From NCBI RefSeq assembly GCF_006345805.1, contig NW_021833230.1:1-64000 (forward strand): a stretch of DNA of 64,000 nucleotides, read 5' to 3'. Below the pieces are notes generated by a model that searched no databases, had not been told where the DNA came from, and saw nothing but the letters and a program-made list of their open reading frames with translations. Shown here piece after piece: positions 31,443-47,532 of this stretch. A program made the position numbers and the translations under genes. This DNA is from Octopus sinensis. Lineage: Eukaryota. The stretch's first letter is position 1. Each line of letters opens with the position of its first letter.

Positions 31443-31952
31443 AAGGATATGAACACATAAATATGAATGTATGTATATCTGTGTATGTGTGTGTTTGTGT
31501 GTGTATGTGTGTGTACGTATGTAAATGCTATATGTGTGATATATTTACACATACATATGTTTCCATAATGATATATATATATATATATATATATATCTAT
31601 ATATATGTATGTGTGTGTGTGTGTATAAAGTATAAATACATACGCATGCACACAAATATATGTGATTGTGTGCGCATGAGTACACGCCTGCGTTTACAAA
31701 CGTCTGGAAAGTGCATTCAGTATCTGGAAAAACAGTTTATAAAAATTAGCTAGTGATTCACTCTCGTGGTATTCAATTTCACACACGTGCTCGCACTCAA
31801 AGTATAGACATGCGATCCTTCGGACGATATGGTCAATATATATTTAGATATATATATATATATTTTAAATAATGGGACGTACTAGCAGGACTTATATGCT
31901 TCATTCTCAATGATTAAGACTGGTCATATGATCGTTTTCCTCGTGATTGCAG

Positions 31953-32038
31953 ATCCATTGTTCCTGAGTCTCAGTGGTGTACAAGAAGCAATTTTGTTCA
32001 AGGTTTTCGCTGTCAGGCCCAATTACACTGGGAACCTG
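31953..32038 (+). other. Candidate 86-nt internal exon
   Basis: TTTTCCTCGTGATTGCAG| acceptor and CTG|GTAAGA donor; two of three frames are open. No protein recognised. Confidence 0.25.
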
Positions 32039-32810
32039 GTAAGAACTAGGAAAACCCGATTTTTATTAAGTGTTACATTCTGACATCAGCAGGTTTTATG
32101 AATTTTTCTATAATATATCTACACTGGTTCTGGTCAATAGATAACGTCTCTGATCTCCAGTTAAAGGGTGATGCAGGCTGCTTCAGGATTTGAAAGATGT
32201 CATTTACATAAATTTAGAGTTACCGATCTCTTTAAATTATTGCCAAAGAGAACTGAATTTGACACATCCTTTTACACCTTTACTTCCACACTTGAATGAC
32301 TCATAAACAATCACAAAATTCCGAAATCAAATCAGAATAAATCTCCTCACCATAACTTCCTAGCAATCCTTAACTTACAAAAACATACTTTTCTCCTATC
32401 CTTTCAATCCCCTATTCCAACACAAGTATTTCACCGGTTTACCTACATCAAGCCTAATCATCATCCACATAACTCTATCTACCCCAGAAAAAAACCCATC
32501 CCAAACACTATATAAACCTCCAACTAAAAAAAGGAACCTAGGTAAAGCATAGTCTGACGAAAGCGAACAAGCTGAAATTTTTAAGTTATGGTCAACATTT
32601 TTCTATTTTTTTCTAAAAGTTAATAAACATGTACTCTACTAAAATGTATCGGTTAATCATTCAGTTTAATGCTAAATTGTTTTTGTATATACTTTCACAT
32701 AAAACAAATATTAATTTATATTCAAACGAAGGAAAGAGGTGCTCAGTACGTATTATAGAGACCCTACTGTGGACAAGGCTACGTGGCGTTCGACTATAAA
32801 TAAATAAAAA

Positions 32811-33346
32811 TACACATTAAGTACAGGACATCACTAACGAGTGAAAAATATGTAAACACTCAGGAGATAATTACAGGACAAAAAAAAACCCAAAAGGAGA
32901 TAACTCGCTCGTCAGTTCTCGACTGCTTTACTACTTCGCTCCTGTCTTTTCTGGACAAGACGTCCAACGGGCTGGACGTCATTTATCTCACTTCCCGACA
33001 TTTTTTCTCTTTTTCTACTACTTTCTTCTTTTCTATTTATTCTAATTACTTTCTTCCAGGTGTTGCTTTTTACAATTCGTTTAGGCCTAACGTCTATTGT
33101 TTACTTTGTATGTTCACTCTGTTGTAGTCTGTTCGTTCGAAGCACTAACTCTCCACAATTTTCATATTTCTAAAATTTCTGGATGCTGCTGTTTCATGAA
33201 GTTTTCCTATTTTCTCGTTACAAGCACGAAATAGGAAGTAGTAAAACAGTCGACACCTGACGAGCGAGTTATCTCCTTTTGGTCCAGTACCTCATCACTC
33301 GTGTGTTTAGGATTTTTCACTCGTTGGTGATGCCCTGTACTTAGTG

Positions 33347-33348
<2 letters not shown>
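32811..33348. mobile_element. MITE with ~130-bp imperfect terminal inverted repeats
   Basis: TA-CACATTAAGTACAGGACATCACTAACGAGTGAAAAAT..GGAGATAACTCGCTCGTCAG on the left is mirrored by CTGACGAGCGAGTTATCTCC..ATTTTTCACTCGTTGGTGATGCCCTGTACTTAGTG-TA on the right. No ORF. Confidence 0.8.
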
Positions 33349-33661
<313 letters not shown>

Positions 33662-34611
33662 GGATCTATGTATGTGAATATACATGTATGAATATATTAT
33701 ACAGGTGTGTGTATGTGTGCGTGTGTGCGTGCGTATGTGCGCGCGTGTGTGTTCGAATATATACGTGATAAATTTATTATATTTTGCACATGCACACTGT
33801 TATATATCTAAAAGTGCAGGCAAATGCAGAAATGATATGCATAAAAAGAATCATCTACAGATTTTGAAACGCATCTTTGGAACAAAAAACAAAAAAAACG
33901 GAATTTTCGAAAAACATATAAAACACCTACTTATGACCACTATAATGTAACATTGTTTAAGGGATTTTGGGGTCCCTTTTTCTTTTGTCTTGCTGCCTTA
34001 AGGATCAAATCAACATTCATTTGAAAATTTTACCCTTTTCATCACGTTTCTTGCAACCTTTTATCTATGAGAGTTTCCAATTTTTAAATTCCTCTTTCAT
34101 TCAAAACCATCTACATGTAAATACAGATATGAACATTAAATGATGCATACAGGGCATGCACGCGCGCACACACGTGCGGAACATGCGCATACATGCATAC
34201 ACACACATACAGAGAGATACACGCAGGAATATATATATATATATGCATAGACACAAACGTTTATATGAGTAGCTACATATAAATACTCATACACACACAT
34301 ATGTAAACACACACACACATGTACACATATGTATATATATATATTGTTCCAATATTCGTAATTAAAGGCACGAATGTGTGTTCATATGCATAGGAACAAA
34401 CATATGCATATGCATACATACATATAAACACACACACATTTATATATATATACATATAGAATTATATATATGCATATATATATAATTCCACTATACGTAG
34501 TTATGAGAAAAATCTATCGTATATGAGAAAGCACGTCCGCGCGCGCACACACACACACACACATATAAAAAGAAGCACTATCTTACGTATGTTTCATGAA
34601 CATTAAATGAA

Positions 34612-34775
34612 TATTGGTTTCAATTTATGCACAAGACCAGCAATTTCGGGGGAGGCTGTTAGTTGATTGAATTGACCTAAATACTCAACTGGTACTTATT
34701 TTAACCCTGTAAGAACGAAAGGCAAAGTTGACCTCGGTGGAATTTGAACTCAGAATGTAAAGACGGACAAAATGG
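34612..34775 (-). mobile_element. SINE family 1, tail type B
   Basis: Core and B tail in reverse complement. Confidence 0.75.
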
Positions 34776-35372
34776 TGGTTATTAGTTGCATTACGTAAAT
34801 TACGTAATCAAGAATTATTGTCAAATCATCAGAGATGTGTAACATTTATATCCAGTATTAATTGGATGCTAGATATGTTGATAGAAGAAACATCATAGAA
34901 AAAGCGAGAAACTTTGTTCAGTTAACTCAGGAGAGTAGATGCTGCTACTGGATTGGGAAATCCACATGAAAAGGCAGGAGTTAGATAGGAGATAGAATGT
35001 GGTAGATGCTCATCCTTACATACATACATACATGCATACATACATACATGCATACATGCATATATACATACATACATACATACATACATACATACATACT
35101 CATAAACAGGATTATAAGTATACAATAGTCTCCTCCGTATATCTGCATCCTGTATACGCAACTTAGGCAATAAAAACAAACACTCGAATAAGTATTTCAT
35201 CCGCAGATGTTATTCACTCCTGAACCGTACCCTCTTTAGGTATTAAAGTAGACGCTAACCCAGGCCGACTAAATCAACTAAATCTTTATTCCAATCGACC
35301 TGGATTATATTATGGACAATGTTCTGAAATTGCATAGACACTTTCACGTGTCATACTTAATATATATGCAGG

Positions 35373-36996
<1,624 letters not shown>

Positions 36997-37254
36997 ATTG
37001 ATGATAAGCCAGTTAATGCGGAGTTAGCCTCAGATAGCTTCTCTTATGGACGTGTTCTGTTAAAAACAATAATTATCGGAAGGAGCCGAAAAGTCTCCTT
37101 AGTAGTTGACTACCGACATAGGTCATTGAAAACACCGAAATGTATTGGGCGTTCTCGCTGCCTGCTGCTGGTCGATGTACTCAATACACAGAACCAAATT
37201 CCCAGCCCACATACACATATATAAATACACAGACTCATATATTTATTCAAGGAA

Positions 37255-37582
37255 AAACTTGCTGGATAAATTCAGGTGTCCTGATGATTTCAGAGCGTTT
37301 AGAATGCTTTTTATGCTTTGATACTGGTGATGCGTTTCCATCTTCAGTCGGTAGCTCCTTAGAAACTTTGTAGACGAAAGATCTGGCAAAATTTAAAAAT
37401 CGAGACATTTCTAAATCGCTATGTTCAGCCTTTATAACCACAATAACAGCATGCCACCTCATTTCATGAGTAAGCTAAGGGTCTGCCATTATTATTTGCT
37501 GAAACAAAGATTATACCGAGTGAGCAAAAAATGCGGCAATGATCCCAAAAAATGTATGTCCTGAAATACCTTACACACCCTA
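37255..37582 (-). mobile_element. 5' fragment of a related maT-like transposon (N-terminal HTH region)
   Basis: TA-TAGGGTGTGTAAGG terminus, then MADP*LTHEMRWHAVIVVIKAEHSDLEMSRFLNFARSFVYKV..KRSEIIRTPEFIQQV. Confidence 0.65.
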
Positions 37583-37688
37583 TATATACATATATGTATG
37601 TATGTATGAAAACGTAAGTATATATATGTATATGCTTATATGTGCGCACACACACACATACACATACCTACGTATTTGTATAAATATA

Positions 37689-38772
37689 TAAAGCATGCGA
37701 TTGGTACATTGTCGCCATTTTATATTTTTAAAGCGCATTGTTTGTTTTTGATTTTGTCGATTAGACAGTAAAATAGGGCCCGTTGGGAACTTTCTGCGAG
37801 AAAAACAACACCATGACGCAATTCACTCTGTCTAGAAATTCGGAAACGACATGGTATACTGCCTATCATTCGCGCTGGAAGCTCCAATACGAATATTTTA
37901 GAGTGTTTGGGTGTCAAGGTAGTGCATGAAAACATTCAGTATTCCTCATACAAGAGGAGAAAGGGCCAATTTTTATCCCAAGCCATCAAAGACAAGAGGA
38001 AAAACCGCTCTACGAACCTTTTCAACAAACTCAAGCACTCCTTCCAACCCAACGTTTTGGCTTTCCTCAGTCGAGAAGAATCTCTGCCAGGATCAGATGG
38101 TGAAGACACAGAACAACTGTTGGCTTGCTGTGTCCCCCAAAACATGTATCTAAAAGGATAAAAATCAAACATCCAGTCAACATCATGGTGTTTGGAGTGA
38201 TCACTGGTGATGGTGACATTATGCCTCCATTCATCTTCCCACACGGCCTCTGATTGAACACAGAGACCTACATAAGGGCCTGGAGGAGGTAGTGTTGCCC
38301 TGGGTCAAAAGAGTGGCTGCTGGAAAACTCTATGGCTAGCAACAGAGAACTCTGCGCCATGCCGCACAAGCAGGAGAGCCCAGTCATGGCTGTCAGACAA
38401 TTTCTGCCACTACATCACCCCTAATATCTAGCCACCTAACTCTCCAGACTACAACCCCCTTGATTATTATGTGTGGGGCGCAGTTGAGCAAGAGACCAAC
38501 AAACTCTTTGTCACATCAAAGATGAACTGAAGGTAAGGATTATGAAAACATTCACCAGCTTAAACAAGGAGACCATCAGAAGAATTGTAAAAGTTTCTTA
38601 AGTCGTCTGGAGGCCATAGTTGAAGCCAATGGCGATTTTATTAAATAAATTTACTCTTTAGTATTTCAAGTTATTTTTATGTAATTTTGGTAAATATATC
38701 TGTTAAAATGAGATGTCAGTGATATTTTCCTTTTTGCGTAATTTAGATGACAATTTATTACCACAGCCTGTA
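37689..38772 (+). mobile_element. Decayed Tc1/mariner-superfamily transposon, maT-like (DD37D) transposase pseudogene
   Basis: Frameshifted KRRKGQFLSQAIKDKR, SVEKNLCQDQ (for FSDEK), KHPVNIMVFGVITGDGDIMPPFIF, QQ.NSAP..PPNSPDYNPLDYYVWGAVE, RLEAIVEANGDFIK*. 37 residues lie between the eroded second Asp position and the PLD Asp. 3' end ..TTACCACAGCCTG-TA; the 5' TIR is degenerate. Confidence 0.85.
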
Positions 38773-38934
38773 CGCACACACAAACACACACACACACGCG
38801 CACACACACACACACACACACACATATACATACGCTCATGATCATGTGTCTATTATTATAAATTTGTGTGCATGTGTGCGTTTATGTATGTATGTATATA
38901 TATATATATATTATATATATATATAATATATATA

Positions 38935-39007
<73 letters not shown>

Positions 39008-39904
39008 TAAAGAGATGTATATATACATATACATGCACAACTACCTATCTATTGCATTTCATACCCTGCAACACTAATCCACTTTTCTTTTTGCTGGAAA
39101 GGGTTTTTCTTGCCCTCAATATCTTCGCTTGTATTTTGGTCGATGTGAGACAATTACAATGGAAACGGAAATGGAATATTCCTTTCTCGCTTTGGCTGAA
39201 ACAAAATAATCATGTTCCAAAGAAAAAAGTGTAAGGAAAAAGAAAATCAATCTTCAAACAGCTTGTTATAAAGGGTGTGATTTTTCTTAGTATTTCTTTT
39301 TTTTGTTAAACCTTCGGGCTGAGTTTGGGTTTGGGTTTGGGTGTTTGGGATTTTGATTCTCAATTTGGAGATTGTGTTGGGGGTTTTTAGTTGGTGTGCA
39401 AGTACTGAGCAAATGACACAGAATTGAATTATAATCATACCTCTTGAGAATCTACTTAACAATCACCAATTTCTACTTTGACACAAATGATCTCATCATA
39501 TTGCGAGAACTCAACATAGAAGGAAAAGAAGAATAGGCAGGCAGACAGGCCGGCAAGGCAAGCAGGCAAGCAGGCGAGCGGGAGGGGAAAGGAGGTAGAG
39601 TCAATCTTTGCTCTATGCTGTTTGTTATTTTAACTGCCAGAAAAGGATTTCTTCAAGCTGTCCATATCTTCTGCTGTCTTTGCCAGCAGTGATAATTAGA
39701 ACTCTGTTACTGGAATAGATCAAAGATCATTAAAAGTCTTCGCAAAAGATCACTCACAGCTCTTTTGTCTTCTACTTCTATTTCATCCTCCTCCTCCTTC
39801 TTCTACCCCCCTCCTCCTTCTTCTTGCCTCAACTTCGTAATCTTCATCCTCGTCATCCTTCACATTTTTCATCTGCATGATCATCAAGATCGTCATCAGC
39901 ATAA

Positions 39905-40074
39905 TGATGGTGATGATGATGATGATGACGACGACGATGATGATGATGATAATAATAGTAATAATAATAATAACAATAATAATAATAATAATAATAATAA
40001 TGATAATAATAATAACAATAATAATAATAACAATAATAATAATAATAATAATGATGATGATGATGATGATGATG

Positions 40075-40113
<39 letters not shown>

Positions 40114-40320
40114 TCAGAAACAGCAAAAATAATAACGAGGGTGTTCATCATAATCACTATTGTCATAAGCTTCATTATCGTCGTCATCGTCGTCGTCGAC
40201 GTCATCATCATCATCATCATCTTCATCATCATCATTCTCGTTGTCATCGTCGTCGTCGTCGTCATCACGATGACGATCATGATCATGATCATGAGCATCG
40301 TCATCATCTTCGTTATCGTA
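39905..40320. repeat. Compound (GAT)/(AAT)/(CAT)/(CGT) microsatellite
   Basis: Direct inspection. Confidence 0.9.
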
Positions 40321-40686
40321 AACATGCAATCTGTAGCAAATAGACATACGCGAACGCATGCATACACAACCGCGTACGCGCACACTCACACACATACGTC
40401 ACATACACATTAGATGCACGCAGAAACGGGCATGCAATCATTGTAAAACATCACAACTCTCACACCTTTCAAAACCAAACCACCTTCCCTCTTCCTTCAT
40501 CTTCTAGCTTTTCTACTTTATGCAAAAGAAAAAATTGCACATCCTTAGAGGGGCGCACGTATGCACACACACACATACACGCACTCGTAAGTATACATGT
40601 ATGAGTACATATGTACATGTATATATATATATAATATATATATATATATATGTATGTGTGTATATATATTTATATATATGTATATA

Positions 40687-40736
<50 letters not shown>

Positions 40737-40800
40737 TATATATATATAATATACCTGTGTGTGAGAATGTATTTATCTATCTATATATCTATATGTATGC

Positions 40801-40839
<39 letters not shown>

Positions 40840-40877
40840 TGTGTGCGTGTGTGTGTATTTATGTGTGTATATATATG

Positions 40878-40923
<46 letters not shown>

Positions 40924-41873
40924 GTATATATATATATATGTATATATATATATAGTGATGCATACACACAAAGATATAAACGCACACACACACACCAACA
41001 TATACATATATATATATATATATACACACATACATGTGTAGATGTGTATATTCCCTTATTCACACATTCTCACCATCAACGACTGCAATGATTAAACGAC
41101 ATTGAACGAAATAAAGGAGAAAACACACAAATACTCATACACACACACACAACACACACAAACACATACTCTAGTATACGCACTCACATTCACACACACA
41201 CACTCGCACAGAGAACAAACGGGGATGGCATATTTACCACACACAGAAGATCAGTATTAATTAGTTTGTTCTTGGCGAGAAAGTTCAGAGAAATAATTGA
41301 TGCCTTCCAAATGATCACAGAGTAGCGTTTGGTCTTGAAGATAAACTCCCAATAACAATATCTCTAGCATCTTTCGTTCGGTTCACTCCTCTAGAAAACG
41401 TTATCCGGCCTTCATTTGATTGGTTACAAAAGGATGCGGCGTGCGGGGGAGAGGCGGCGATGACGATGGCTAGGATGATTGTCTTGATGATGATGATGAC
41501 GATGATGATGTTGCTTGTGATGTTGATGATGGTGATGATGACGATGATGATGGTAATGATGAGAACGGTAAAGGTGATGGTTGTGTAGAGGCTTTTTGTA
41601 AACGATTAGGTTGGCGCTACTTTTAAAGCTATGTAACTTCTCAGTTGGTCGTTTCAATACTGTCTATTAGAAAGACACTATAAAACGGCTCCTCTTCATC
41701 TCTCTCTTTCTCCCTCCTTACCACACGTATATGTATGCATATTATTGCATACTCGCGTATGTGTATGTATATATATGTATATAGTTATGTGTGTACATAC
41801 AAACATATATACATATGTATATATGTGTATATATATGTATATATTTATGTGTGTGTACATACATATATATGTA

Positions 41874-41917
<44 letters not shown>

Positions 41918-42001
41918 TATCATTTATCAATAAGCATACATATACATGCACACACATATATATGTATATGTATATATATGTGTATACATATATATGTATA
42001 C

Positions 42002-42070
<69 letters not shown>

Positions 42071-43011
42071 CATATGCACACACATATATGTGTGTGTGTA
42101 TGTGTGGGTTTCCTCATGCGTTCAGCCTTACATAAGACCAAGTATGGAAGCTTAGTCATAGACAGCCGTAAGCACGTGCAGATAAGAGCACACATACAAC
42201 ACTATGTGCGCCACACACACACCACACACACGCACGCATACACACAAGCACACAAAACCACAAGCATAAACATGTTCATACACACAGTCACACAACTAGA
42301 CTCTCATGTATAAAAGGGTTGGCATGTGCGGTCGCTATGTATTTGTATTCATATATATGTATATATATATGCGTGTATACGCACACACATACATATACGC
42401 ATATCATAGCACATTTGTGTAAAACATCCATACACAAATACATGCATATATATGTGTGTGTGTGTGCGTGTATGTGTATGTTTGTGGCACTCACACATAG
42501 CTCACACATGTGTGTTCGCGTACGTTTGTGTGTGTGCGAGTGTATACACGCGATTATATATAGACACGGATTATATAAACACGGAAACCCACAAACAGCA
42601 TCACACTCTATATATGTATATAGACTTCAGCAATGTAAATACACACGCGTTGTTGGCGATTTCTTTTCTGTCTTTGTAAATTTTCCTTTCTGCTTTCCGA
42701 TGAAGAGCTATGCTCGAAACGTCAAATATTCTCTCTCTTTTTTACTGAGCGTCAAACTAATAAATTCCCTGAGCACATCCTCTTATTGTCTGTTATTGTT
42801 AATTTTATTGTTTGTTTATTTATACTGATCACACACACACACAAACACAAACTCAAATACACGCATTCACACACACATATTCACTCGCATATATATATGT
42901 AGGTACGTGTATGTGTGTGCACATATATATATACGTGTGTGTGTGTGTGTATGTATATGTATATGTATGTATATATGTATGTATGTGCATATGTATACAA
43001 AAGTGATAAAT

Positions 43012-43160
43012 GTACCTCGCCGTCGCCTAGGACACGACGCTGGTCCATTGTACGATTACTCATTTTGCTAGCTGAATGGTGTGGGGTTACGTAAAATCAG
43101 GAATATAACGCTTCGCCCTGTCCACACACGATCATGACTGCGACACCTTAACCAATGTAG
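43012..43160 (-). mobile_element. Degraded SINE family 3 copy
   Basis: CTGGTCCATTG..ACTCATTTTGCTAGCTGA..CGATCATGACTGCGACACCTTAACCA parallels 28860-29010. Confidence 0.55.
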
Positions 43161-43714
43161 AATATAGTTTAAAAATTTTGATACGGCGCTTATGCTAGCG
43201 TGCTCCCCATTACATACAGTAAGTTTCATTCTGCTAGACTACCCATACCTCCACGAACTACATTAATTCCGGCACGTAGGGTAAGCTGCATCCCACGTCC
43301 ATGGGCTACGTTTAACCTGGCACTTAGGTTAGGCTGTCCCTCACTATACGGACCACGTTTAATCCGGCACTTAATTAATTAGGTAGTGATTAATTAGTTA
43401 AGTAGTTAATTAGCTAGTTATTTATTTAATCAGTTAATTAAATTAGTTAATTAATTACTTAGTTAGTTAATTACTTAGCTATATAATTAGCTAATTAGTT
43501 AAGTAGTTAGATAATCAGGTAATTAATTAGTTACTTAGGTAATTAATTACTTAGTTTATTAGTTAGTTACTTAATGAATGAGTCAATTCGTAACTTAATT
43601 TGTTCGTTAGTCAGTTTGCTAGTTAATTAATTAGTTAGTTGATATTTATTAATTAGTTAATCGCATAAACCGATTTAATTTTGTATTTCGTTATTTTGGA
43701 ACGCTGCTGTGACT

Positions 43715-43935
43715 TCAGCTTCGTAAACATCTGGGTTTATGAAGGATGACTGATCCAGTGGGTAAGACCGAGTCTCGGCAGTAACAACTATGAGTAATAT
43801 ATTGATGTGGCTTGCGAGTGATAATGTCCTTCATACTGGGACAGAAGCTGTATGAAATTTTTACCGAATGTCTATTTAAAAATTTATTGTATTTATGGTT
43901 TACTGGGAAATTCTTCTTTAATAATGGCATGCTAA
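43715..43935 (-). mobile_element. Penelope-like element fragment (post-RT, pre-GIY-YIG region)
   Basis: KKNFPVNHKYNKFLNRHSVKISYSFCPSMKDII..CYCR resembles the PLE motif KHFP..HK..KI.NR..VKISYSCM..M..II..CNCR. Confidence 0.65.
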
Positions 43936-44961
43936 TGATTTCTGGTATTTCTAGGTTATCAGTGGGGCAATGGCTATTCAATAGTCAATTAGCAAAACTA
44001 CAAACAAACTGTATGTACCTCTGCCATGTACCTCTGTAATCACCCAATAAAGACACTGAGGACAAGAAACTGGAAAATGTAGGCTTTGACACCTTGTTTC
44101 TGAAAACAAGCTGGCGTGGCCATGACGAGAAAACCTCTAATCCGTTCAATCATGGCTGACCTGTTCCTAAACTACAATAACATTGTGAAAGAGCCAATAT
44201 TTAATTGTTTCTCTCTACGTTGCCATTGTTTTTTTTTTTTTCCTATTAGGAAGGACAATAAAGATAATTACGTATTTAGTAGAGATTACTAGGCCAACTA
44301 TAATGAAACCCTTTCTTAATAGATCTGTTTTATTCCAGTGTCATATCATGCCTATATCTGTGTGTTTGTATAATTAAGGCCTTGCCATGTCTTTCGAGTT
44401 TCATAAACTTCCGGACTCGATAAAATAAAGTAAAAGTCAAATTCTGCAGGATAGCTTTAATAGGCAAAATTTATGGCTCACTAAAAATTTTAGGCATTGT
44501 GGGTTTAATAGAAATCATAATTAACAGTCAACCTGCGCTAAATAGCAGAATCGGTTGAGCGACGGAAAAAGGCCTTGCTGTATTTAGTTACGTCATAAAG
44601 TGAAAACTAAATTCAGAGTTTTGTGTTAAAATCATGGGGAAGTTGAATTTGCTTTCATCTTATCAAATCTGCTTTTATCTTATCAAAAATTTGTTTCATC
44701 TAATCAAATAGTTGTTTGGAGAGAAGGTTTTATATACTGTACTATATCTCGTCATCGGCAATTTATAACTTTTGTGTCAATCACTAACATTCTCTCTCGC
44801 TCTCTCTCTCCTTGCTGCTCTCTCTGATTCTCACATACACACAAATACGCGCATATACACATGTGTGTATTTTTGGTGTTTATCGTGTTACAAAATGGCC
44901 TGCTATTATAACACGTGATTTCTCAGACAAGGCAAGAAAGCCAAATAATCGAAATAGTATT

Positions 44962-45950
44962 GGTTAGAAATTTTGACACAAGGCCAGGAATTTTGGGTGC
45001 GGGAGGTGGGGGTGGGGGGTAAGTCGATTATATCGACCACAGTGGTCAACTAGTACTTATTTTATCGACCCCAAATGACGAGAGGAAAAGTGGATTTCGG
45101 CGGAATTTGAACTCAGAACGTAAAGTAGTCGAAATAATATTGTTTCAAATTTTGGCACAAGGCCAGTAATTTCGAGATAATGACTTAGTCGATTACATTG
45201 ACCCCAATGCTCAGCTATCATTTACTTTATCGACCTCGAAAGAATGAAAGTCAGCCACAGTATAATTTGAACTCAACGTAAAAACGGACGAAATGCCGCC
45301 AAGCAATTTTCGCGGCGTGCTAACGATTCTACCAGCGCGCCGCCTTAAAAAAAAGTAATATTTAATATTAGTTTCAAATTTTGGCACAAGACCAGTAATT
45401 TCGGGGAAGGAGGTAAGTCGAAGACCTCGACCCCAGTGTACAATCGACCTCGAAAGGATGAAAGGCAAAGTCAACCTCGGCGGAATTTGAACACAGAACG
45501 TAAAAACAGCCGAAAATAATCGAAATAATATTAATCATCTTTTCAAGGCGGCGAGCTGGCAGAAACGTTAGCACGCCGGGTTAAATACCTAGCGATATTT
45601 CGTCTGCCGTTATGTTCTGAGTTCAAATTCCGCCGAGGTCGACTTTGCCTTTCATCCTTTCGGAGTCAATAAATTAAGTACCAGTTACGCACTCGGGTCG
45701 ATGTAATCGACTTAATCCGTTTGTCTGTCCTTGTTTGTCCTCTCTGTGTTCAATTACTTGTGGGTAGTAAAGAAATAAGTATTTCGTCTATCTTTACGTT
45801 CTGAGTTCAAATTTCGCCTAGGTCTGCTTTGCCTTTCATCGTTTCGGTGTCGATAAATTAAGTGCCAGTTCCGTTCTGGGGTCGATCTAATCGACTGGCC
45901 ACCTTCCCAAAAATTTCGAGCCTTGTGCCTAGAGTGGAAAAGAATATTAA
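44962..45950. mobile_element. Dense cluster of SINE family 1: three minus-strand B copies, then a plus-strand A+B dimer
   Basis: Repeated AAATTTTGGCACAAGGCCAG..TCGACCCC..GAATTTGAACTCAGAACG units; junction AGAAATAAGTATTTCG at 45771. Confidence 0.85.
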
Positions 45951-46789
45951 TCATCTTGTCTACTACTATAAATACAGGGCCAGGAATTCTTTGGCGTGGG
46001 AATAGGGGGTTTGTCGATGACATCGAGCCCAACTGGTACTTGCTTTATCGCTCTTAAATACGTGGGAAGCTGGAACTTCAGACTCCAGTAACACAGCATT
46101 GTTTTATTTATTTTTCAGTTTTCGTTTTCTTTTACATTATTCTGTAGTCGTTCCTGTTGCTGTTATTGATTAGTTCAAAGTCTTCCCTGAAAGAGAAAAC
46201 ATCTGATTCAAGTCCATCCTAACTGTCACCATCTCCTCTACTTTAGACACCAATTTCAAGGATCTCTTTATATAATATCCTTTGAATGCGGTGAGCAGGT
46301 AGAACCGTTTCCTAGAAAGACAACATCGTCGCATTTCTTCCAGCTCTCTTTGTCCTAAGTCCAAATTCTCCAGAGGTTCTTTTCATCGTTCCGGGGTCGA
46401 TAACATGTATTAGCTGAACTCTGGAGTCAACTACCCTTTCCTCTAAAAATTATTGGTGTTGTGCCCAAATTTGAAACCATCTAAATGTTCTTTTCTTTTA
46501 AAACGTAGGGTGTGCTTTGAGAGATATTTGGCTGATATTTCTAACAGCTTATGTGACCACGTAGACATAAAAGCTCTCGCGTTGGTAAAGCATAGTACTG
46601 TAACGTGCAGTGTAGAGAACATAGTTAACGTCCGGGACAATTCGAAACAGACATTGTAGTTATAGTGGAGTGAAATTTCGCCCGTTTAAGCCAATAGTGT
46701 AGTTAGAGAAACTATTAAAATGTTACGAAATTTTGTTCCTTCTTATAGGAGTCTTTGTATTCGACGTAACAAATACAAATATTTTCACC

Positions 46790-47240
46790 TTTAAGGTGGC
46801 ACGCTGGTTGGATCGTTAGAACGTCGGGAAAATTGCTTAGCGGCATTTCATCTGTTTTTACGTTCTGATTTTAAAAATACGCACTTTGTTCTTCATCCTT
46901 TCATCCTTTTGGGGTCCATAAAATAAGTACCAACTTAACACCGGGGTCGATGTCATCGACTAACCCGTTCCCATAAAATTTCGGGCCTTGTGCTTATAAT
47001 AGGAAAGAATATTTTTCACCTTTGAGAACTGGCAGAGTGGTTAGCACAACAGGCAAAATGCCTAGCAGCATTTTGTCTGTTTCTACGTTCTGAGATCAAA
47101 CTACGCCCAAGTCGACTTTGCCTTTCATCCTTTCGGAATCAATAAAATAAGTACCATTTGAACTCTGGGGTCGATGCAATAGACCCTTCCCCCGAAATTG
47201 CTGGCATTGTGCCGAAATTTGAAGCTAATATTTTTCACCT
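46790..47240 (+). mobile_element. Two diverged SINE family 1 copies
   Basis: Head, core and B-type tail motifs. Confidence 0.75.
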
Positions 47241-47522
47241 TTATTCAACAAATTATTCTGATGTGAATGAGAATATGGCAAGACAAAAACTCAGCAACCA
47301 TTTTATGTTGTTATTTTGTTGAAATCAGCCCATATTGGCAGGGTTATTAGAGACAGTTTGGAGACATTGTTTCATGGTAGTCGTCCCAGTTCTCTGTGCA
47401 CTGAGTTCAAATCCTGCTAAATCCAACACTACTTTTCATTCTTCCGGGGTTGATAAATAAATATTGGGGTAGATTCTTCTCTTTCCCTAACGCTTTCTTT
47501 CTGACTCCCTTTTTCTGGTCAG

Positions 47523-47532
47523 ATTCGGAAAG
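47523..47532 (+). other. Candidate 10-nt microexon ATTCGGAAAG
   Basis: CCTAAC branch-like motif ~35 nt upstream, long pyrimidine tract, CAG acceptor, AAG|GTATGT donor. No host gene identified. Confidence 0.3.
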
